Under the pieces are notes generated by a model. It ran no database searches and was not told where the DNA came from. It saw only the letters and a list, made by a program, of their open reading frames with translations. Both the position numbers and the translations under genes were made by a program. From sequence record MW883059: a stretch of 64,000 nucleotides of DNA. One strand, given 5' to 3'. How positions within the stretch are numbered: the first letter of the stretch is position 1; each line of letters begins with the position of its first letter. Shown here one piece after another: positions 47,112 to 57,889 of the stretch. The DNA is from Escherichia phage vB_EcoM_SYGD1.

Positions 47112-47384
47112 ATGAATAAAAACATTGATACAGTTCGTGAAATTATTACTGTTGCGTCTATTTTGATTAAATTTTCCAGAGAAGATATTGTTGAGAATCG
47201 TGCTAATTTTATCGCATTTCTGAATGAGATTGGAGTAACGCATGAAGGTAGAAAGTTAAATCAGAATTCATTCCGTAAAATTGTTTCTGAATTAACCCAA
47301 GAAGATAAGAAAACCCTCATCGACGAATTCAACGAGGGTTTTGAGGGTGTATATCGATATCTAGAGATGTATACAAACAAATAA
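47112..47384 (+). CDS. asiA: AsiA anti-sigma-70 factor
   Basis: 90 aa; MNKNIDTVREIITVASILIKFSREDIVENRANFIAFLNEIG... matches T4 AsiA as I recall it. Confidence 0.85.
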   Translation: MNKNIDTVREIITVASILIKFSREDIVENRANFIAFLNEIGVTHEGRKLNQNSFRKIVSELTQEDKKTLIDEFNEGFEGVYRYLEMYTNK

Positions 47385-48041
47385 TTATTTAGCCCTTCCT
47401 AATATTCTGGCCGCCTGAGAACATATTGATTCAAGGCGGTCATTACTTATATGATCATTTCTATACCAGTACATGGTTATTGTTCCAGCATAGATATTAT
47501 CCAAATTGAAATATGGACAACTGTACATGTAATTTATTTCGGGAGTAGGCTTTTTAGTTGGCAAAAAAGCAAATTTTGAGTCGGAATAATAATGACGTCC
47601 ATTTAAATGAACTGTATATTCATCCATAGTTTTATCAACAGGATATCCTCCAAGTGATTTTTCGCTTATTGTTGAAGGTAATTTTCCTTCATATGCTATA
47701 ATATCAACAAAATAGTTTAAGTTTTTAGGGCGGAAAGAATACACCGCACTAAAGTCTGCCTCAGATGATATATGAACTATCTGGAGTTGTTCCAGGGCGA
47801 CAGATTCAAAGCGTGCAGTTCTTTCCTTTTCAATAATTTCACTGTATGTTTCATACTTTGATTGCTTATAGTACTCAAAGAAACTATCTCCCCTATACCA
47901 AACAATCGCCATCATAAATAAAAGAATTACGACAGCTACTCGGGAAGCAAGAACTTTCCCGGTAGCGTTATCTTTGAACAAGCGATCTAGAACACCCAAC
48001 AGAATATCAGAGGGCGAAAATGATATTCTAGGTGCTGCCAT
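47385..48041 (-). CDS. t: holin T
   Basis: 218 aa, the T4 T-holin length; single N-terminal TM segment and large periplasmic domain; directly downstream of gene 38 on the same strand. Confidence 0.8.
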   Translation of the reverse strand: MAAPRISFSPSDILLGVLDRLFKDNATGKVLASRVAVVILLFMMAIVWYRGDSFFEYYKQSKYETYSEIIEKERTARFESVALEQLQIVHISSEADFSAVYSFRPKNLNYFVDIIAYEGKLPSTISEKSLGGYPVDKTMDEYTVHLNGRHYYSDSKFAFLPTKKPTPEINYMYSCPYFNLDNIYAGTITMYWYRNDHISNDRLESICSQAARILGRAK

Positions 48042-48071
48042 AGACCCTCCTTTTAAGGATATTTATTCAAA

Positions 48072-48860
<789 letters not shown>

Positions 48861-51800
48861 TTATACTCCAAAGAGAGGCGTTTTCAATTCTTTAATTTCT
48901 TCACTCATTTCCTGAATAGCCTTAATTAAAAGCGCGTTCACAGCAGAGTTAGAAATTGTTAAAATTTCTTCTGGGTTATCCTGAGATCCGACACTAGAAG
49001 TGCTAACAGCTTCCGGTAATACTTCTTGCAAATCCTGTGCGATAATACCAATCTCATGGCCGATAACTTCGCGGTCAGAAAGAGATTTAACTTTATCATA
49101 GGTTTTAACTTTGAGTTTATTTACCTTATCCACCGCATTCTCTTCGTAGTCTTCAACATTAATTTTCAGACGACGGTCAGAACGAATATAAACGTCGTTA
49201 CAATATACAGCAGCACCAGCAGTAAAATCACCGTTAAATGCAAATGCATAATCATTCCCACCCACATGCAATGCAACATGAGGATTACCACCGCCAGCAT
49301 GAACACCCATCGCCGCAAGGTGCTGTTCGCCCCAATGAGTAGCTTTCCAAATGTTATATGCTTGATTTCGTGAGTCCTGACAGTCTACCAACAATCCAGC
49401 CGGACGCGCTCTCCAGTCTACCCATGCACCACCGGAAATATCACCACGGATAAGAGCGTATTCACTATTATATGGAACACGCTCTCCCGCTTTAATCATT
49501 GCACCCTGAAAGTGATGACTAAATGAACCCCCATGATTATTTCGTATATGTAAAATACCATCATCTGTAGCCCAGATAACAGCCTTTTCTGCCTCGCTAT
49601 CATCTCTAAACCAGATATGGCGAGCACCAGCAGAGTTTTTGATAGTGATCCCGCTAGATCCATGCACGGTAAAAGTGCCAGCAACATCAAACATCAAACT
49701 GTTATCTGTCTTGCGTTCTGTATAGAAGTGATAACCTTTGGAATCACCGACTTCCATCACTGCCGAGCGACCAACTTCTGAATTTCCCCAATTATTGATA
49801 TGGAATCGTTCAGAGCTATTATTCATCTGATTTAGGTATAATGCACCATCAGTAAATGTTTCGCCAAAGAAACGAGTTTTAATTGCACCTGTCGCTAAAG
49901 TACGTTCAGTGGAAAAATGAGCGCCTTGACTATCTTCTAACTGGATGATGTTATCACGAGCATTATTACTATCACCCCAATGGTTAAATTTAAAATAATC
50001 TCGTGATCCTAAACGTCCGGCGTCAAAAGTCATCACGCCTTTCATGTTAATATCACCGTCGACCAGAACATTATCCGGGAAGTTAACAGTACCGTCTTGA
50101 TTAAAACGAGACGTATGGCCTTGTGAACCATCTTCTTTCAGATGATGAATAACGAATGTACCTGAACTAATCTCAGTACCTAAAGACCAAACGGCTTTAC
50201 CATTTAAAAACTTCTGTTTAACAATAGGATAATATTTGCTTATAGCATCATCATCAATTTCCTGGAAAATAGGAGCCGCTTGAGCATATTGAATGTCATA
50301 ACCACCAGCGCCTGCGCCATGACCAGTAAATTTAATATAGCCGTTTGCTGCGAACGTATTGTAACTTGATTGTAAATCTGGAATAGTAACTTTACCGGTA
50401 TCTAAAGCCATACTAAACGGGCGAAGTGGACCGATATCGCCATGTTTACCTTCACCATAAGCAGTTGGAATAATATGAAGACTGTTTTCTGAGCGACGGA
50501 AAATAGCTCCATAATCTGCGTTCCAAATGCGAAGCGCATTCACTGCTCCAGATGAAATTTCGCCTGTTGTGTGAACTCCTCTATTTCCAGCAGTAACACC
50601 AGATGATTCAAATGAACCATTGACGTTCATTTCTACTTCACCAGTAGTAAGTCTTTGAATATAACTCATCCAACTAGTTGCGTCAGAAATTTCCATAACG
50701 TTTTTACGATTACCTACACTAGGATTAGTAAACGTATTACCCCATACAGAAATTGTCATATTATCAACTGAGCTGCTACCAGTTGTGTTACCTCTAAACA
50801 TCAGTGTAGAAGCATTATTACGTCCATCAATATTAACCGAACCACCAATAACGTCAATATTGCCTGGAGTAACTAACAAACCGCCATGAGTATTAATGTT
50901 TGTAGTACCCTTACCGCGGAAATAATGATGATAGTTACCGCCTTGATAATATCCCAAAAGAGTCTGACCATCTCCAAACGCGTTATTATCGTGATAAGTA
51001 ACTACAGTTGCAAGAGCATAATTTTCAGTTGGAGGAGTAGTCAAATCAGTACCATTTACAGAATAACCCATAACCATTTTTCTAAGGCTAGTGGTTTCCG
51101 CCGGACCAGAAAGGAAAGTTTTTGTACCGTTGTTTACCGTAAAAAAATATCCATCCTGGTGCCATTTTAACCCGGTGTCATTATCACCAAGAGCAATTGA
51201 TGCAGTTCCTAATTCAGAATATCCTTTATTGCCACCAGGAGTACCAACAGAAATAGAATGACCGGCTTTCAATCCACCGGCCCAGTTAAACGACCAAAGA
51301 TAAGTGTCTAAGCCATCTCCGGAATACCAGGTTATTCCGTCATTAACATTAACTTCATGGAATATACCAGATCCTACGGCATTTCGCATAACACGGAGGT
51401 GGTTAATAGCCGTTTCGCTTTCTGCCAATGGAGTGTTATTTGATAATGAAGATATATCATAATCGCTCGTAGATTTATTATTAGTAATAACTCTATTTGT
51501 CAAAATCTGAGGAGTTGACATAGATTTCCATGCTGATACTTCAGGTGAAGTAAATAGGCCACTGCCTGAAAATGCATAGGTGCTTTCATCACCAGCGGCG
51601 TAGTCTTTAACGCGGATATTAACTACTTGCGTAGTTAATCCATCATTAGCCGGGGCATAAATGATTCCACGTTCACGATCAGCTGAATCATGAAAACGAA
51701 CATGTGCTGTACCTGAACTTTTTGTAATAAGTTCTCCGCCTTCGGTCATAATCTGCCCGGCGGCAATAATATCGCGAGTTACTCGAGCAATACCAGTTAA

Positions 51801-52061
51801 ATTAAAATTACCTGTCTGAGTGAAAGTGCCATTTAAAGTATAATCACCAGTTTGATTATAGTTTCCTGTATGAATAACATTCCCGTCAATGCTACCGCCT
51901 TTAGCAAAACCCAGATCAATAATATTTCCTTGGTCGTCTTTAGTAAAAAGTACGCGGTCTTTTAAGTTTATAGCCAATTCACCTTCGGCTAATACTGAAG
52001 CGGCAGGACGGGCTCCTGCAGTTTTGCTTCTTTTAAATTGTATTTGTTTTAAAGTAGCCAT
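48861..52061 (-). CDS. 37: gp37 long tail fibre distal subunit
   Basis: 1066 aa; N-terminus MATLKQIQFKRSKTAGARPAASVLAEGELAINLKDRVLFTKDDQGNIIDLGF; start coupled to the gene 36 stop. Confidence 0.9.
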   Translation of the reverse strand: MATLKQIQFKRSKTAGARPAASVLAEGELAINLKDRVLFTKDDQGNIIDLGFAKGGSIDGNVIHTGNYNQTGDYTLNGTFTQTGNFNLTGIARVTRDIIAAGQIMTEGGELITKSSGTAHVRFHDSADRERGIIYAPANDGLTTQVVNIRVKDYAAGDESTYAFSGSGLFTSPEVSAWKSMSTPQILTNRVITNNKSTSDYDISSLSNNTPLAESETAINHLRVMRNAVGSGIFHEVNVNDGITWYSGDGLDTYLWSFNWAGGLKAGHSISVGTPGGNKGYSELGTASIALGDNDTGLKWHQDGYFFTVNNGTKTFLSGPAETTSLRKMVMGYSVNGTDLTTPPTENYALATVVTYHDNNAFGDGQTLLGYYQGGNYHHYFRGKGTTNINTHGGLLVTPGNIDVIGGSVNIDGRNNASTLMFRGNTTGSSSVDNMTISVWGNTFTNPSVGNRKNVMEISDATSWMSYIQRLTTGEVEMNVNGSFESSGVTAGNRGVHTTGEISSGAVNALRIWNADYGAIFRRSENSLHIIPTAYGEGKHGDIGPLRPFSMALDTGKVTIPDLQSSYNTFAANGYIKFTGHGAGAGGYDIQYAQAAPIFQEIDDDAISKYYPIVKQKFLNGKAVWSLGTEISSGTFVIHHLKEDGSQGHTSRFNQDGTVNFPDNVLVDGDINMKGVMTFDAGRLGSRDYFKFNHWGDSNNARDNIIQLEDSQGAHFSTERTLATGAIKTRFFGETFTDGALYLNQMNNSSERFHINNWGNSEVGRSAVMEVGDSKGYHFYTERKTDNSLMFDVAGTFTVHGSSGITIKNSAGARHIWFRDDSEAEKAVIWATDDGILHIRNNHGGSFSHHFQGAMIKAGERVPYNSEYALIRGDISGGAWVDWRARPAGLLVDCQDSRNQAYNIWKATHWGEQHLAAMGVHAGGGNPHVALHVGGNDYAFAFNGDFTAGAAVYCNDVYIRSDRRLKINVEDYEENAVDKVNKLKVKTYDKVKSLSDREVIGHEIGIIAQDLQEVLPEAVSTSSVGSQDNPEEILTISNSAVNALLIKAIQEMSEEIKELKTPLFGV

Positions 52062-52069
52062 AAGTCCTC

Positions 52070-52726
52070 TTAATAATAGCCGAAATCTTGAACAGAATCC
52101 TTAATAACAATTTGATCAAATCGTGGAACATGCGAAGGTTGAGATGCAGGATTCTGTGAAAAAAGGTTTGGCGCAGTTAAATTTCCTGTCATAGTATCTC
52201 CAGAGCGTAATACTCTAGAGTTTGCGTTTGCTGTAACAATATTTATTGCTCCATCAACATAATCTTTCCGTGTAAGGTCATAATTATTTACTGGAGATAA
52301 TGAAGCTGCGCGTATTTGTGATGCTTCAATTACACCCTTTGAGCTAATATCTCCATTTCGCGTGTTAATTACTACAGTTCTACCTGCTGTTCCTTGTGAT
52401 GATTTAAAACCAATACCATACCACGAAACAATATCCATATTTGTAGTATCATACGTGGCATTATCACCAGGACCAGCAAAAATACCATTGTCACCTGACC
52501 CTGCACCAGGAACAGTCATTCCTTTGTTAAAAATTACTTTATTTAAATACGTACCACCATTAGCTTTAGAAACGAAATCGTTATCAGCAGCTTGTGGTTT
52601 ATTGTATTCTGAATATATTTTAAATGATTTATAGAGTACATCGTCACCGGCTGGATTCAATGGAAAATTTCCTTGATGCCAAATGACAGAGCCTCCAGTT
52701 GTTGAACCTACTTTTAAATCAGCCAT
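52070..52726 (-). CDS. 36: gp36 long tail fibre distal connector
   Basis: 218 aa; conserved N-terminus MADLKVGSTTGGSVIWHQGNFPLNPAGDD. Confidence 0.85.
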   Translation of the reverse strand: MADLKVGSTTGGSVIWHQGNFPLNPAGDDVLYKSFKIYSEYNKPQAADNDFVSKANGGTYLNKVIFNKGMTVPGAGSGDNGIFAGPGDNATYDTTNMDIVSWYGIGFKSSQGTAGRTVVINTRNGDISSKGVIEASQIRAASLSPVNNYDLTRKDYVDGAINIVTANANSRVLRSGDTMTGNLTAPNLFSQNPASQPSHVPRFDQIVIKDSVQDFGYY

Positions 52727-52749
52727 TGTATGCCCCTTTATTTTAATAG

Positions 52750-52757
52750 TATTTATA
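52750..52757 (-). promoter_or_regulatory. late promoter TATAAATA (minus strand) upstream of gene 36
   Basis: Plus strand reads TATTTATA at 52750-52757. Confidence 0.55.
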
Positions 52758-52763
52758 AAGAAA

Positions 52764-52783
52764 AAGGGAACCCGAAGGCTCCC
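52764..52783 (-). terminator. minus-strand hairpin (AGGGAGCC-UUCG-GGUUCCCU) downstream of gene 35
   Basis: Forms a UUCG tetraloop with one G-U pair only when read on the minus strand, followed by a U-tract there. Confidence 0.5.
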
Positions 52784-52788
52784 TCAAT

Positions 52789-53904
52789 TTAAACTTCTCT
52801 AAATTCTTGTCCAAACACTTTACCAGTTTTAGACGATGCTTGCGTAGGAAGTACCATTATATCCGGAGGTGAAGCAGATTCACAGACATAATTAACTCGA
52901 ATACCATTGACGCCAAATTCAGCAGGTTTTGAAATTCCGCCATTTCTTGATACTTCAGAAAAGCTTAAATTTCTCATGCCACCTTGACCTGCTTGGGCAG
53001 TTCTTTGTGCATATATCGTAAATCCCGCTGCATTTTCTGGAATAACTACATAATCTTCCTTTAATTCCCATGACCCAGCTTGTCCGGTAAACTCAGCATA
53101 TGTTGAAGAAATATATCCATTCGATTCATCATAAAAACGGATAGATATATTTGTAGTTCCAAGCGCAAGTAAATCGGCATCAGCATATAACTGCGCTTTA
53201 AGATAAAGAACATCGCCAGGAATTAAATTATAATCAGATAATTTACTTATCGCGGATGAAGTTGGTAAACGTGCAATTTCGTTATTAGTTCCACCAACCG
53301 CTGACATAAATTGCTCAACGCTTTCATATGTTCTTTTAGGAAATCCTGTAGCTCCAACGTCTTCTAAACTGTCAAATACAACATCTAAAATAGTTTGATA
53401 ATCATCTGTGCTTTTTCTATTACTTAGTTTAACATGTTCTAACGCAATAGCTCTTTTAGAAGATGTATAAAAGGCAGCATATGATACGTCAAATCTTGAC
53501 AATATAGAATCAGATGGAAAAGCAGACGTTCCTGTGGCTCTTAGCCAAGATACTACTTCAGGAGGAAAATTAACCTTTCCGCTAGTTAATATAGCAACAA
53601 GTCTATTATTCGTCAAAGAGTCCATGAAACTAACAAAAGCAGCTGATGTGGTATCATTTGAAGTCGAAAAAGCATATGACTTACTATCTACTAATGCTCC
53701 TGTAGAAGGGTCAAAAACTCTTAAATGAAGACCTGCGTTAAATGTTTGACTTCCGATAGGATTATCCTGAAATTTGACATATGGTCCTGCTGTAGAAAGC
53801 GGGCAAGAACCCGCTATGCTTATTTTATATCTTACTGAATTGCTTTCCGATAAAAATGGCGTTTGGACATATCCTTGTCCAAACTCTGCCATAAATTTTT
53901 CCAT
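52789..53904 (-). CDS. 35: gp35 long tail fibre hinge connector
   Basis: 371 aa, close to T4 gp35; located between 34 and 36. Confidence 0.85.
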   Translation of the reverse strand: MEKFMAEFGQGYVQTPFLSESNSVRYKISIAGSCPLSTAGPYVKFQDNPIGSQTFNAGLHLRVFDPSTGALVDSKSYAFSTSNDTTSAAFVSFMDSLTNNRLVAILTSGKVNFPPEVVSWLRATGTSAFPSDSILSRFDVSYAAFYTSSKRAIALEHVKLSNRKSTDDYQTILDVVFDSLEDVGATGFPKRTYESVEQFMSAVGGTNNEIARLPTSSAISKLSDYNLIPGDVLYLKAQLYADADLLALGTTNISIRFYDESNGYISSTYAEFTGQAGSWELKEDYVVIPENAAGFTIYAQRTAQAGQGGMRNLSFSEVSRNGGISKPAEFGVNGIRVNYVCESASPPDIMVLPTQASSKTGKVFGQEFREV

Positions 53905-53912
53905 AATACCTC

Positions 53913-56900
53913 TTATTCAACCCATTCAAATTTAACCGTTTTATTCACTGGGTCAGGAATAATGCGAACATTACCAATTCGTAAGAAATCACGAATAGTA
54001 AGATTCCCCATTATAGCATTATCAGATGGTAAAGCACCAATATCAGATGGCTGAGGAGGGTTACCCCCATCAAATACCTGAACAAAACTTGACCAAGAGT
54101 TTTTGGTTTTCTGCCATGTACGCGTCCAGCGAGTGGTGCGCGCTTCTGGGGTCGTTGGATAAGTAATCCAATCTTGGTAAAGCGAATCGAGTGTGTTACC
54201 AAATTGAGTCAGCGTACCAGGAGATTTAACCTCTTCACCGCGTTCTAAGTATGGAAGTCCAGTCACTTCATTAGTTTTTTCAACCATCTTAAAATAACCC
54301 GGGAACTGGTTATAAGTGGCTGAATCATTAATATCGATTGACCAGAATCCTACAGTATCAGATGTTGGCGCACGGGTATATAAATCAGAGGTTTTAGTAC
54401 CTTGAGAACGAATTCTCGAGTTAACAGTTAAACCACCTGAAGTTATAGTAGCACCTTTGGCAATGATTAAGCTTTCACCAATTGTAACCTGACCAGATTG
54501 ATTATTAATTGATAATGGGCGTAATCCATTAAATCCACCAGTCTGATCGCCAGATGCAGTAAGCATAAAATAGGTGTTAGCAGCATCATTACGAATAAAG
54601 AATCCATAATCACCGTTTATTGCTCTAAAAGCATTCGACGATTTACTGATAAATTCGCCATTAGCAGTAACTGAACTACCGAATGTTGCAACGCCGTTCG
54701 CGTTCAAAGAACCTAAAGCATTCACATTTATTGGCATTACAGTACCATTAATGCTAAATGCTATATTACCATCTTTATCGCGTTGAGAATAAAAGTGATA
54801 AGATGTTTCATCACTAACTTCAAATACGGTAGAACGTGTTGTGTTTGATTCCCCACTAAATTGATTCCCCCACACGCTGACTGTCATTGTTTGAGCCGGG
54901 TTCGTTCCAGTTTGAGGTCCTTTCTCAAAAATCAGACGAGTTGCTGTTCCATCAGTATTAGAAATGGTTAGTGTACTATTTGCTGAAACTGATCCACCAA
55001 ACGTAGCAGTACTAGATGATACAAGAGGGGCACTCAGATTCGTTTGTTGGGTTAAGGTTAGTGAACCATTAACCGTCTGTGCAATATCCCTACGAATGAA
55101 CTGAGATGAATCTAGACCATCCAGTAAATTACTATCTACGGCTTTTGCTTTTAACGGCAAATAATTTGCTAATACACGGTTTAATTCATATGGTGATACT
55201 GCATAGCTATTTTTCTCATATAGCTCTAAGTTCTGTGTAGAACCAACTGTATCATTACCAACGAATGTAATTGAACCGGATGAAGTTTTAACAAAACCTC
55301 TTATCGCAGTAGTAGCTGCCCAAGTAGGTTCACTCTGCACAATCCATTTTAAATTTTTTGGAGATACAGCAGTATTTGCTGACGTTCCAGTCACAGTTTC
55401 AGACTGAGTTGCAACTTTAATAACACCTTCTTGTGCTTCAGTAGATTTAGTACCTAAAAGCTTTTTAGGAGTTATTAAAACATTATCTAATTTTCCTGCA
55501 GCAGCTTCAACTTGTGTAGCTACACGAAGTGTACCACGCTGTGTCTCATTTGCTTCAAGAATATTAAGGGTATAATGGTCCCAGAGAGTTCCTGATTCAA
55601 CTAATCCAGATAGAGCAACAACAGAAGTACGATCAGTACTATTAAATCTAGTTTTAATTTTTAATGGTGTAGAGATACGAGTATCGTCGACGCCTGCGTC
55701 GAATTCAACTTGTGTAGCAATTTCAGCTATACCACTTAAACTTTCAGTTGCTTTACGGTCATTTAAAGTTTTAGGAGTGACTGCACGAGTATAATCAGTT
55801 CCTGTATTAACTTCACTTTGCGTAGCAATTTCAATTAAACCAATTCTTCCATCAGTTGATGTCTTTTTATGTAACGTTTCTGGCGTTACAACCGCATTTG
55901 CCCATCCTTCTTGGCTTTGCCCAGCAATTACTTCACTTTCAACTGCTAAAATTACTGCACCTTGTTGTGTTGGAGTAGCTTTATACTGATCCAAAGCTTT
56001 AGGCGAAACAACTAAATTATTGGTGCTTTTATTATAAACGTTTGTACCATTTAATTCACGACTAGAAGCTGGAGTAGCTCCTGCAGTAGATACAAAGGTT
56101 ACAATACCAGATAATGATTCAGAACCTTGTCGAGCTTGAAGCTTTTTAGGAGTGATGATTGTAGTATCATCAGTACCTGCATTAGTTTCTTGCTGTGTAG
56201 CAATTTCAGCAACACCTCTACGAGTTTCTGTGGCAGTTCTTTCATTCAGCTTTTTAGGAGTGATGATAATATCATCAGCAAAAGAGAATGTAGTATCCTG
56301 GTTCACTTGGGCAGTAGTTGCTATTCTTGCGATACCTCTGCGAGTTTCTGTAGCAGTACGGTTAGCTAATGTTTCTGGTGTAATTGCTAATTCTTTTTGC
56401 GGAGAATTTTCTAAATCAGCATTTGCTTGAGCTTGTGTAGCTAAAGCTATTACGCCTAATCTTGCTCTAGTAGAATCATTTAAAGAATCAACTCTTTCAA
56501 CTGTTGGCACGTTTTGCTGCACCACCCAGTATTTTCCATCAGAATCTTCTATATAAGCAAGCTGTAAAACTGGAACATAATTAGTTTCGCCGTTAAAAAC
56601 TAATTCTTGAACAGTCACCCATTTAGTTTCAGGCGGATATTCTGAACGTTTTGGGAATTGCAGCAATTGAACTGAAGAAGCAATTTTATCTTCACCGGCA
56701 GCTTTGATTTTAACTGTTTGGCCTTTTCTCATGTAATTCATGGAAATTTTAACAGTATCACCAATGGAAATATTAGTTGGAAGCTGAAGTTCAATTGTTT
56801 GGGTTGTTCCGTTATTCGCTCCAAATACCATAACTTCTTCATTTGGACGAATACTAGAATTAGTTGTTATAATACGTAAACGTGCTTTACTATCACCGTC

Positions 56901-57785
56901 AAACAATCTCCACAATTTTTCATTATCATCATACATCAAGAAACCATCAATCGATGTACGGCCTTCAATGGAATGAGTTCCAACTTCTTGCACTGAAGTT
57001 GTTTCATCGTATGTAGTAACAATTGTATGATAAAGTGGATTTAATTTGTCTAAATCGACGAAATTAATAATATCGCCATGATTAGCAAATCTCGGAAGTT
57101 TAATATTAATCGCCGCGGCTGAAGTAAATCTGCGCACGATAAAATCGTTAGATTGCGCCTGATAAAGACTTGCCGGTGTTACGACTACAGCTTCTCTGCT
57201 ATAATCAGCAACATACATTTGCCACAGACGATTACTAAAAATTAAAACTATCTGCGATTTTGGATGAGTCATTAGTACTGAACGTACTTGTTCGCCTCTG
57301 AAGTTTACAATACTTTGCACTGGAGCTACAATTAAAACTTGGTTAACACCAGGTTTTCCACCAATATCTTGAAGAACGATAGTATCTCCATCAATTGGAG
57401 AAGATGGCAAAGTAAATGTAATGTCATTACCGGCTGCAGTATCAACTGAAATTGATTCGCCTGACTTTAATTGATAAGGTCCTGATGAAACAGTTGTCCA
57501 ATTAGCATCAGTACGTAATGATCTCCAACGTACGCTATTAAAAGCTCCTGCTGGTTTTGGAATATCATTTATAGCAGCCCAAAAGCGGTTATCATAAATG
57601 ATTACAAAATCTTTTAAATATCCACGAGTTGGATCGTATTGTTGAACTGTGTTTTCTTGAATTAAGTAATCAACGTTAACACCGTCAGTTCCTACGGTAC
57701 GATCAGCTAAAGCTACGTTGATTATTTTATCGCCACCTGCGTCCAGACCGTCTTCTGCTCTGAACTTTCTTTTAATCTCGGCCAT
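53913..57785 (-). CDS. 34: gp34 long tail fibre proximal subunit
   Basis: 1290 aa, close to T4 gp34; N-terminus MAEIKRKFRAEDGLDAGGDKIINVALADR. Confidence 0.9.
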   Translation of the reverse strand: MAEIKRKFRAEDGLDAGGDKIINVALADRTVGTDGVNVDYLIQENTVQQYDPTRGYLKDFVIIYDNRFWAAINDIPKPAGAFNSVRWRSLRTDANWTTVSSGPYQLKSGESISVDTAAGNDITFTLPSSPIDGDTIVLQDIGGKPGVNQVLIVAPVQSIVNFRGEQVRSVLMTHPKSQIVLIFSNRLWQMYVADYSREAVVVTPASLYQAQSNDFIVRRFTSAAAINIKLPRFANHGDIINFVDLDKLNPLYHTIVTTYDETTSVQEVGTHSIEGRTSIDGFLMYDDNEKLWRLFDGDSKARLRIITTNSSIRPNEEVMVFGANNGTTQTIELQLPTNISIGDTVKISMNYMRKGQTVKIKAAGEDKIASSVQLLQFPKRSEYPPETKWVTVQELVFNGETNYVPVLQLAYIEDSDGKYWVVQQNVPTVERVDSLNDSTRARLGVIALATQAQANADLENSPQKELAITPETLANRTATETRRGIARIATTAQVNQDTTFSFADDIIITPKKLNERTATETRRGVAEIATQQETNAGTDDTTIITPKKLQARQGSESLSGIVTFVSTAGATPASSRELNGTNVYNKSTNNLVVSPKALDQYKATPTQQGAVILAVESEVIAGQSQEGWANAVVTPETLHKKTSTDGRIGLIEIATQSEVNTGTDYTRAVTPKTLNDRKATESLSGIAEIATQVEFDAGVDDTRISTPLKIKTRFNSTDRTSVVALSGLVESGTLWDHYTLNILEANETQRGTLRVATQVEAAAGKLDNVLITPKKLLGTKSTEAQEGVIKVATQSETVTGTSANTAVSPKNLKWIVQSEPTWAATTAIRGFVKTSSGSITFVGNDTVGSTQNLELYEKNSYAVSPYELNRVLANYLPLKAKAVDSNLLDGLDSSQFIRRDIAQTVNGSLTLTQQTNLSAPLVSSSTATFGGSVSANSTLTISNTDGTATRLIFEKGPQTGTNPAQTMTVSVWGNQFSGESNTTRSTVFEVSDETSYHFYSQRDKDGNIAFSINGTVMPINVNALGSLNANGVATFGSSVTANGEFISKSSNAFRAINGDYGFFIRNDAANTYFMLTASGDQTGGFNGLRPLSINNQSGQVTIGESLIIAKGATITSGGLTVNSRIRSQGTKTSDLYTRAPTSDTVGFWSIDINDSATYNQFPGYFKMVEKTNEVTGLPYLERGEEVKSPGTLTQFGNTLDSLYQDWITYPTTPEARTTRWTRTWQKTKNSWSSFVQVFDGGNPPQPSDIGALPSDNAIMGNLTIRDFLRIGNVRIIPDPVNKTVKFEWVE
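55445..56455 (-). repeat. degenerate tandem repeats of about 27 aa within gp34 ((I/V)(T/S)PxxL...(K/R)(A/T/S)T(E/D)...G(I/V)..(I/V)AT(Q/T)); boundaries approximate
   Basis: At least seven copies read in the gp34 translation, e.g. ITPETLANRTATETRRGIARIATTAQV and IITPKKLNERTATETRRGVAEIATQQET. Confidence 0.5.
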
Positions 57786-57819
57786 TCTCCCGGGCTCCTA
57801 TTGTGTTTTCAATAATAAG

Positions 57820-57827
57820 TATTTATA
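57820..57827 (-). promoter_or_regulatory. late promoter TATAAATA (minus strand) upstream of gene 34
   Basis: Plus strand reads TATTTATA at 57820-57827, about 35 nt upstream of the gp34 start. Confidence 0.6.
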
Positions 57828-57830
57828 CTT

Positions 57831-57860
57831 GTTTACTTTAAGATTTTGATGGTATATAAT
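57831..57860 (+). promoter_or_regulatory. T4-type early promoter (GTTTAC-N18-TATAAT) for rnh, divergent from the gene 34 late promoter
   Basis: GTTTAC 57831-57836, TATAAT 57855-57860. Confidence 0.55.
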
Positions 57861-57889
57861 AGAAATCTCACTAATTGAACGAGGTTCAT

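Noticed and set aside
49026-51170. Plus-strand ORFs (115, 64 and 94 aa) inside gene 37
   Set aside because: Antisense to the tail-fibre gene with no start signals; chance ORFs.
56127-56430. Plus-strand ORFs (80 and 92 aa) inside gene 34
   Set aside because: Antisense to the gp34 repeat region; Ser/Cys-rich translations reflect the repeat composition, not a gene.
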